Assembly (NCBI GenBank): GCA_028599125.1
Contig: JAQRMX010000013.1
Location: 245-64,244 of the forward strand
From: Alphaproteobacteria bacterium
GTDB taxonomy: Bacteria > Pseudomonadota > Alphaproteobacteria > Rhizobiales > NORP267
DNA length: 64,000 nucleotides
Direction of reading: 5' to 3'
Below, one piece after another: positions 57,460-64,000 of the stretch. A model generated the notes under the pieces. That model saw nothing but the letters and a program-made list of their open reading frames with translations, made no database searches and was not told the origin of the DNA. The translations under genes and the position numbers were made by a program. Positions within the stretch are counted from its first letter, which is position 1. The number at the start of each line of letters is the position of its first letter.

Positions 57460-58105
57460 GACTTTAGTTCCTTTTCTTTACCGGCAAAGATAGGGTATCC
57501 CTTGAGCTCAAGGGGGCCAAGGGACATTTTTCTATTTTATTCGGGCAGAACAAATTGTTTCTCTTTTGCTCTGGTTTTCTGTTTATCCGGGATGAAAAGT
57601 CTTTGACTTTCTTTCCATTTTTGAGAGATAGTCATTATCTTTTTTATATCAAGTCTGTTCATGGATATTGTCTACTGCAAAGATTGCCCGTTTTTGTGCT
57701 TTCTCAAGGGAGCTTTCAGGGAATGATGGTGAATATTTTTGCGGATTTGAGATTTTTATAGTGCAGAATAAGTGAAGCTATGACGGTCTTTTGTTTCGCG
57801 CTGCATTCAGTCTGTTTCAGGAGGTTTATTTCGGTTTTTTTCAAGTTTTCCTGCTTAGATTCTGATCTGTGTTTTTGATGGGAATAATGGAATCACAAGG
57901 TGCTTTTTTTTTACTGTCGTTTGAATTCGTTTTTTATCCCGGATGACCTTGCTTTAGAGAAGGAATTCTTGCATCTCTGGCGGATTATGCCTAAGATAAT
58001 AGGAGTTTATGTTGTGCTTTTTCTTTTTTGTTTTTTCTTAACTTTTTTGTCTTGAGTTCAGGGTTTTATTTTACCTTGCTACAGGATTTTGAGGAGGGGT
58101 TTGAT

Positions 58106-58588
58106 ATGAGATTAAAGGTTGGTGATCGTATTCCTGAAGCGAATTTTATGATGATGCTTGAGGATTTGACTACGGTGAGTGCGTCTCGCTATTTTTCTGG
58201 TGCGAAGGTTGCTTTTTTTGCTCTCCCAGGGGCATTTACGCCACAGTGCACTGCAGCTCATGTGCCTAGTTTTTTGCTTGATTTTGACTCGTTAAAGGCG
58301 AAAGGTATTGACAAGATTGCCTGCTTATCTGTGAACGATGCTTTCGTTATGGATGCTTGGGCCACGTCATTAGGAGCGAAAGGCATGATTGATTTTCTTG
58401 CCGACGGGAATCTTGAATTTACGCGCGCTGTTGGGTTTGAGCTGGATGCGTCTGCGTATGGGATGGGAACACGTTCTTGGCGTTATTCAATGATCGTTGA
58501 ATCCGGCGTTGTAAAGGTTCTGAACGTTGAGGATGATCCTACGAATCTTATGGTTAGCGATGCTAAATCACTCTTGACGTCTCTCTGA
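58106..58588 (+). CDS. peroxiredoxin (Prx5-like, atypical 2-Cys/1-Cys type)
   Basis: ALPGAFTPQCT peroxidatic-Cys motif. GAGGAGG lies 8 nt upstream of ATG 58106. The track start 58028 is an over-extension. Confidence 0.88.
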   Translation: MRLKVGDRIPEANFMMMLEDLTTVSASRYFSGAKVAFFALPGAFTPQCTAAHVPSFLLDFDSLKAKGIDKIACLSVNDAFVMDAWATSLGAKGMIDFLADGNLEFTRAVGFELDASAYGMGTRSWRYSMIVESGVVKVLNVEDDPTNLMVSDAKSLLTSL

Positions 58589-58711
58589 TTGCATTATTTC
58601 GGCCTTGGCAAGGCGGTAATTTTCGATTGTACGGTTTCGTGAATTTTTGTATTTTGTGAGGGGGCATCCTGTTCTTTCACTTAATATTCCGTCTTGCTTT
58701 GTGCTCTCCCT

Positions 58712-58858
58712 ACTTTGTGAGGTGATGGCAGGCCCCCTTCACCAGGTGTTCACTCTGGTTTGTATGAACTTCGGGCTTTATCGAAACTTGTCTGCAGATC
58801 TGTGTTCAGGATTGCTTTTTTTGAAGTTTTTGATTGCTCAATCGATTTTGTTCCAGGC
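58712..58858 (-). pseudogene. decayed partial duplicate of the rnhA 3' region (fragment, internal stop and frameshift)
   Basis: My reverse-strand translation is ...SKTSKKAILNTDLQTSFDKARSSYKPE*TPGEGG... Intact RnhA reads ...[35 protein letters not shown]... Nucleotide anchors (CCCTTCACC, CTTCGGGCTTTATC, TCTGTGTTCAG, TTTTTTTGA) are offset by about 223 bp from 58941-59076. Confidence 0.75.
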
Positions 58859-58873
58859 TCACTGTCCGTGCAG

Positions 58874-59368
58874 CTATTTTGGTTCTGATAAGGTGGCATA
58901 TTTCATTCCTGATTGTGCTAGTTCATGAGCTCTTTCATTTTGTGGATGGGCGGCGTGCCCCTTCACCCAGTGCCATTCTACTTTGTGTGAGCTTCGGGCT
59001 TTATCAAGCCTTATCCACAGGTCTGTGTTCAGAACTGCTTCTTTTTTTGAGTTTTTCCAACCGTTTTTCTTCCATTTTTTGATCCATTTCGAAATTCCGT
59101 CATGAACGTATTTTGAGTCTGTAAACAGGTCAACGTGACAGGTTCGCTTTAAAGCTTCCAGAGATTCAATGACAGCTATCAGTTCCATACGGTTGTTGGT
59201 TGTTTGTTCTTGTGTTCCTCCTTTTAATTCTCTTTCTGCCTTATCAGTAACCAATAGTGCTCCCCAACCCCCTGGGCCTGGATTACCGGAGCAGGCACCG
59301 TCAGTGAAGATCCTGACACGAACGCTGCCGGGATTAAAGTTGATTGTGGAATGAGAAGAAGGAGACAT
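58874..59368 (-). CDS. rnhA: ribonuclease HI
   Basis: [29 protein letters not shown] and [18 protein letters not shown] carry the DEDD catalytic residues. The start overlaps the thrB stop by 1 nt. Confidence 0.93.
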   Translation of the reverse strand: MSPSSHSTINFNPGSVRVRIFTDGACSGNPGPGGWGALLVTDKAERELKGGTQEQTTNNRMELIAVIESLEALKRTCHVDLFTDSKYVHDGISKWIKKWKKNGWKNSKKEAVLNTDLWIRLDKARSSHKVEWHWVKGHAAHPQNERAHELAQSGMKYATLSEPK

Positions 59369-60330
59369 TATATAAACCTGTTGTTGTGTATCTTGTCTGT
59401 ATTGCGGAGAAACCGAAGCTTTTTGAGATATTCATCAGGATCTTTATGAGTAACGTAAACATTATCTGTTTTATGAATCCAGTCGAACAGACGTGTAAGC
59501 ATGAAGCGTAGGGCTGCACCACGCATCAATAACGGCAAAGCCCTCTTTTCATCAGCTCCGAGAGGACGGATTTGCGCATAAGCTTCAAGGAGAGAGCGAG
59601 ACTTTTCAAAGTTGAGTGTCTCATTGTTCTCAAAGCACCATGCATTAATACAGATGGCGATGTCATAGGCAAGGATATCGTTACAAGCGAAACAAAAGTC
59701 AATTAAGCCAACAATATTTTTTCCAATGAAAAAGACATTATCAGGAAACAGATCTGCGTGGATGATTCCGACCGGCAGATCCTGAGGCCATTGCTGTTTC
59801 AGATAGACAAGTTCATGGTTGATTTCGTCAGACAAGTTTGAGCAGATCTGATTTGGATTTGAGCCGCATTTGCGGAACAGGGAAGGCCAATCCTGAACGG
59901 AGAGGGTATTGCGTCTTTTTCCTTCAAAGTCAGCGGCATCATTGTGAAACCGTGCAAGCAGCCTTCCAAGCGCGGCGCAATGCTCTGTTTGCGGAACGCA
60001 AACAGACATGCCATCCAGGAAACTAAAGAGAGCAGCTGGTCGGTTGGCAAGCGTCCCAGACAGCTCCCCCTGACGATTAGGAATAGGAAAAGGGCAAAGT
60101 GTCTCTTTCTGGGCCAGATGGGCCATCAAGCTGAGAAAGAAAGGAATATCCTCTGGATCAACGCGCTTTTCGTAGAGAGTGAGAATACAGGGACCATTTT
60201 GGGTCCGGACAAAATAATTCGTATTTTCAACGCCCTCCACAATCGCTTTGTGAGAAATCAAAGGTCCGATGTCATACCCTTTTATAAAGTCTTCAAGACT
60301 CTCAGTCGAGATCTGTGTGTAAACAGCCAT
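59368..60330 (-). CDS. thrB: homoserine kinase (type II, phosphotransferase-fold ThrB)
   Basis: [22 protein letters not shown]-terminus and the [11 protein letters not shown] catalytic loop. Sits in the ispH-thrB-rnhA arrangement. Confidence 0.85.
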   Translation of the reverse strand: MAVYTQISTESLEDFIKGYDIGPLISHKAIVEGVENTNYFVRTQNGPCILTLYEKRVDPEDIPFFLSLMAHLAQKETLCPFPIPNRQGELSGTLANRPAALFSFLDGMSVCVPQTEHCAALGRLLARFHNDAADFEGKRRNTLSVQDWPSLFRKCGSNPNQICSNLSDEINHELVYLKQQWPQDLPVGIIHADLFPDNVFFIGKNIVGLIDFCFACNDILAYDIAICINAWCFENNETLNFEKSRSLLEAYAQIRPLGADEKRALPLLMRGAALRFMLTRLFDWIHKTDNVYVTHKDPDEYLKKLRFLRNTDKIHNNRFI

Positions 60331-60336
60331 CCACTA

Positions 60337-61326
60337 TTATTCTGCTACATCACGCAATTCTCGCGGTAGCTTAAAAAAGACGTTCTCTTCCACAGTCGTG
60401 AAGGGGATCACATCAACCTCATAGCGCTTTCGAAAAGCCTCAATAATCTCCTGAACGAGGTTTTCTGGTGCAGAAGCCCCAGCTGTCAGTCCAATGCTGT
60501 TCATTGCACAGAATGAAGACCAGTCGATATCATGTTTGTGTTGAATAAGAAAAGCATTTTTGCATCCGGCTTTCTCGGCTACCTGGCAGAGGCGTTGCGA
60601 ATTGGAACTGTTGGGCGCCCCTACAACGATTACGGCATCGCATAACGGTGCCACCTTTTTGACAACATTCTGTCGGTTAGTGGTCGCGTAACAAATATCT
60701 TCTTTCTGTTGCAGTTTGATAGAAGGAAAGCGCCCTTTCAGAAGGTTGATTATTTCATCCGTGTCGTCAATGGACAAGGTTGTCTGGGTGATAATGGACA
60801 ACCTATCGGGTTGTTGCGGTGTGAAATGCTTTGCCTCATGCAGATTTTGGATGAGGGTAACCTGCCCTGGTGGAAGTTGTCCCATGGTACCGATAACTTC
60901 CGGATGTCCGGCGTGTCCGATGAGCAGGATTTCATAGCCCTGTTTATGTAGGACATTTGCTTCTATGTGGACCTTTGAAACTAAGGGACAGGTTGCATCC
61001 AGATAGGTCATATTACGATTGACGGCATCGGTCTGCACGGATTTAGAGACACCATGAGCAGAAAAAATAACGGGGAAATCACCTTCAGGAACTTCATCAA
61101 GCTCCTCAACGAAAATGGCTCCCTTTTCCAGGAGGGTTTCAATGACATGACGATTGTGAACAATCTCATGGCGAACATAGACAGGTGGACCGTGCTTTAG
61201 AAGTGCTTTTTCAACAATCTGCACCGCTCTTTCCACGCCAGCACAAAAACCACGCGGAGAGCAAAGGTACAAAATCATGGGCGGAGGATGTCCCTCTTCC
61301 TTTTTTGAAGCGACTATACAGGACAT
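60337..61326 (-). CDS. ispH: 4-hydroxy-3-methylbut-2-enyl diphosphate reductase
   Basis: PRGFCAGVERA, HNRHV, SAHGVS, DATCPLV and NSSNSQRL blocks. The start may be the internal ATG at 61278. Confidence 0.93.
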   Translation of the reverse strand: MSCIVASKKEEGHPPPMILYLCSPRGFCAGVERAVQIVEKALLKHGPPVYVRHEIVHNRHVIETLLEKGAIFVEELDEVPEGDFPVIFSAHGVSKSVQTDAVNRNMTYLDATCPLVSKVHIEANVLHKQGYEILLIGHAGHPEVIGTMGQLPPGQVTLIQNLHEAKHFTPQQPDRLSIITQTTLSIDDTDEIINLLKGRFPSIKLQQKEDICYATTNRQNVVKKVAPLCDAVIVVGAPNSSNSQRLCQVAEKAGCKNAFLIQHKHDIDWSSFCAMNSIGLTAGASAPENLVQEIIEAFRKRYEVDVIPFTTVEENVFFKLPRELRDVAE

Positions 61327-61566
61327 GGCTCTGACCTCTTCTTAATCCTGGAACTAGCTTGAATGCTCTCATTAATGTAGCAATTTGTGACAAAATTGTT
61401 AAGGAATTATGTTTATGTGTGTCAAGTTCTTTCGTTTATTAAAAATTTTTGTTTTATTTACAGTTCTTTTTTCTATCTGGGAATGAGGATCTGTTTCAGG
61501 AGACCCTGAAAGGGGGCAGTTTAGGGGATAGGATGGTGTGATGTATCATGTCTCTGATGGGTGCTA

Positions 61567-62481
61567 TTATTGTGTGGAAGTGCTTCTGTAATCACGAGAG
61601 TTTCGTTTTTTTAGGAGGGCTTTCTTTACTTCAAAAAAATCGCGCCAGGCCAGATATTTCTGATTAGGGTGCCGAAGGAGATAAGCTGGATGGAGTGTTG
61701 CCATTGCAGGGATAGAAGAGCCACTGTTGTCGTAAGAATGCCATTCCCCGCGTAGCTTTATGATGCCCTCGGTTTTATTGAGCATATGCTTTGCAGCGGT
61801 TCCTCCCAGGAACATAAGTATCTCAGGGTTTACCAATTCAATCTGTCGTTTTGTAACTGGCTCACAAAGTTCAGCTTCTGCAGGTGTTGGCGTACGATTA
61901 CCGGGGGGACGCCAAAAGACAATATTTGTGATAAAAATGTCCTCACGAGCAAGACCAATAGACTGTATGATCTTATTGAGCAATTGTCCGGCAGGACCGA
62001 CAAATGGCGTGCCGCTGATATCTTCTTCTCGTCCGGGCGCTTCACCGATCAGCATGAGACGCGCTGTTGCATTCCCGTCAGCGAAACAGACATTTTTAGC
62101 TGTTTTTTTGAGACTACAGCTATCAAATTGTTCAACAAGGATTCGCAATTCATCCATGTTTTTTGCGCGTGATACCTGTTCATGAAAATATTTCGGTGCC
62201 GTGAGGTTTTTTATTTCACTGGAGGGAGAAAGGCTTTTTTCGATGCAGTGATGCAGGCCTCTGTTTCCAAATGAGGGCAGTGCGTTCGGGTAGATGTTTT
62301 TTTTACTTTTCTTTGAAATTTTAAATTTCTCTGGAATCGTCTTCAGAGTTGAACTTAAGCCCTGAAGCGACTGTATAGAAAGCCGGTTGATGGGTTCTGG
62401 ATCAAGGGCATCATCTGCTCCCGCTTCCTTTTGCCACACCAAGAGTTCATAGAGAGCCAAATGTTTTTGGTTTAGACCCAT
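61567..62481 (-). CDS. udg: uracil-DNA glycosylase, family 4, with N-terminal extension
   Basis: GEAPGREED, PFVGPAGQLL and HPAYLLR motifs in the C-terminal 190 aa. The first ~110 aa are an extension. Confidence 0.85.
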   Translation of the reverse strand: MGLNQKHLALYELLVWQKEAGADDALDPEPINRLSIQSLQGLSSTLKTIPEKFKISKKSKKNIYPNALPSFGNRGLHHCIEKSLSPSSEIKNLTAPKYFHEQVSRAKNMDELRILVEQFDSCSLKKTAKNVCFADGNATARLMLIGEAPGREEDISGTPFVGPAGQLLNKIIQSIGLAREDIFITNIVFWRPPGNRTPTPAEAELCEPVTKRQIELVNPEILMFLGGTAAKHMLNKTEGIIKLRGEWHSYDNSGSSIPAMATLHPAYLLRHPNQKYLAWRDFFEVKKALLKKRNSRDYRSTSTQ

Positions 62482-63343
62482 ACGCCATTACTGGCATTTA
62501 TATCGTTATGAATTCAAGGTGCCTTTGTCTTTTTTTTGAATCTTGTGGACTGATTTCAGATTTTGGAGCTGGTAGTTGATATTTCTGCCGTCAGGATTAG
62601 CTGCCATTTTTCATTTAATGAAAAGCAGAAAGATTTCTACGTTTACGCTTTCAGGATTTGCGGTATTTTGGTGTTTCCGGTTTGAGAAACAGATCATTTC
62701 ATGAGACTGCTTCAGTTTCTTTTGGTATTTCTGTTCATTTTATTTCCAGTTCAGTAAATACTGATTCGCGTTTGTTTTTGTATGATGCATTTATTGTATC
62801 GGTCGCTGTTTCTTTGCTCTGAGGGGAGTGTGTCTTGACAGAATAAATTGTTCATCCAGTGTCTGAAAATCTCAGAAGACACTCTGATCGTCAGACAGGT
62901 CTCAGAGGCGAAGATTATTTTTTATCTCTGCTTCGTCTTTTCCGAAAGTCTGTTGCTCTGTAATCTGTTTTTTGTCAGTAAAAAATTACTTTACAGAGAT
63001 ATGGACCTTTTATCTGATAATTTTTCCTATTTCCTGGGTTCATTCTTCTCTTTCTTTTCGAGGAGGTAACCTGAGGGCCAAAATCATTTGTTCCATATTC
63101 AGTTCTCTTTATGAAGATATGCAATTCGGGTGTAATTTGTTTTACGAATTTGAAATAAGTGAGTTTTTAAGACTTAAAATTACTATTGATTTTTCTTTGA
63201 TGAGAGCCATGGTTCGTGATTTAGGATCTTTCATTTTGTAATTTGTTCTGGCTATTGAGTGGTTGTTTTTTAGAATGTAGTATAATGATCTTTGGGTTGG
63301 TTTCTTTCCTGTTGAATGCGGACTGATCTGGCTCACCTTTTTG

Positions 63344-64000
63344 ATGAGGGGCATTGTGCACAAGGTTTTCTGTGGATTCCTTCTTGGTCTTTCTTTGATC
63401 CTATTTTCGACGATTACGGCGCGTTCAGAGATAGTCCGTAGTTCTTCTTTGTACAGTGCCTATCTGATGGCACGACAGGCGGAGTTGGATTATACTCCTT
63501 CCAAAGCAGCCCGTTATTATCGTGATGCTTATAATTATGATCCAGATAATCGTGTTTTCCTGAATTATACGATCCTTTTTGATGTAATGAACGGGAAGAT
63601 TGATTCTGCAGCGCAGCTGTCAAGATCCATGATACGAATTGAACGGAGTCACTATCTTTCACGCTTGGTTCTGGCTGTTGAGGCTGTCGGGTTTCGCCAG
63701 TATAATGTCGCTCTTCGCCATTTGTCCTATGCTTCGACTGCAAATGATAAGGGGGCCATTGTGGTTTCGAGCATAGGTCTGCTTTCTGCCTGGCTTTATG
63801 AAGCCCTTGGCGATACAGACAGGGCAATTTCTTTTGTTGAGGAAATAGATGTTGAGAAGTGGTTTGATCTTTATCGTTTCTACCATGCCGCGCTTATTAA
63901 TGATTTTTCTGGAAAGAAAGAAGAGGCTGCCGTGTGGTTTGAAAAAGTGAATCCCCTTGGGAGTGGTGTTTTGCGCATTCTGGATTCTTATACGTCTTTC
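63344..64000 (+). CDS. secreted/periplasmic TPR-like repeat protein (N-terminal 219 codons; continues past the window end)
   Basis: Not in the ORF track because it runs off the edge. My translation from ATG 63344 gives MRGIVHKVFCGFLLGLSLILFSTITARSEIVRSSSLYSAYLMARQAELDYTPSKAARYYRDAYNYDPDN..., a signal-like segment followed by helical repeat-like sequence. The frame is open from the stop at 63278-63280 to position 64000. Confidence 0.6.
   Translation, partial: MRGIVHKVFCGFLLGLSLILFSTITARSEIVRSSSLYSAYLMARQAELDYTPSKAARYYRDAYNYDPDNRVFLNYTILFDVMNGKIDSAAQLSRSMIRIERSHYLSRLVLAVEAVGFRQYNVALRHLSYASTANDKGAIVVSSIGLLSAWLYEALGDTDRAISFVEEIDVEKWFDLYRFYHAALINDFSGKKEEAAVWFEKVNPLGSGVLRILDSYTSF

Noticed and set aside
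59011-59019. Perfect DnaA-box 9-mer TTATCCACA
   Set aside because: It is a single occurrence inside the rnhA coding sequence. About one such 9-mer is expected by chance in 2 x 64 kb. There is no cluster, AT-rich unwinding element or dnaA/hemE-type neighbourhood, so it is not an origin.
1-64000. Mobile elements, prophage, genomic island, toxin-antitoxin or defence systems
   Set aside because: I found no transposase, integrase, recombinase, phage structural, restriction-modification or toxin-like ORFs in any frame, and no direct repeat of either tRNA 3' end. The window reads as core chromosome.

Overview
This 64-kb window looks like core chromosome of a moderately AT-rich alphaproteobacterium. 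The gene order matches Rhizobiales/Hyphomicrobiales as I remember it: HAD nucleotidase-argB-engB-yidC-rnpA-rpmH; pstSCAB-phoU; gcrA/argD-argF; ribF-ileS-lspA-M16-M16; rsmD-rluB; ubiA/rsmE/gshA; coxB-coxA-ctaB-small ORF-ctaG-coxC...SURF1; thrC-M16; ispH-thrB-rnhA. I call 54 protein genes. Two are partial at the window edges and absent from the ORF track, and rpmH (44 codons) falls below the track threshold. I also call tRNA-Arg(ACG), tRNA-Gly(CCC), one multi-lesion pseudogene (rsmE), one displaced decayed copy of the rnhA 3' end, one clear intrinsic terminator, and a set of perfect short tandem duplications. I saw no rRNA, CRISPR array, transposase, integrase or phage genes. By my own calls about 83% of the window is coding, and several gaps are 0.5-0.9 kb. 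I did not find a convincing novel multi-gene system. The features most worth a second look are: (1) the rsmE pseudogene with a 22-bp x3 triplication; (2) a lineage-specific lipoprotein whose C-terminus is nine near-perfect 27-bp repeats, next to tRNA-Gly; (3) a 6 x 11-bp array upstream of the pst operon and a (GC)8 palindrome inside pstC; (4) an orphan cheY plus cheZ-like pair; (5) a 7TM-PAS-GGDEF-EAL protein with both catalytic motifs degenerate; (6) a decayed duplicate of the rnhA 3' end directly downstream of intact rnhA. All family assignments rest on motifs read by eye. No database search was run.
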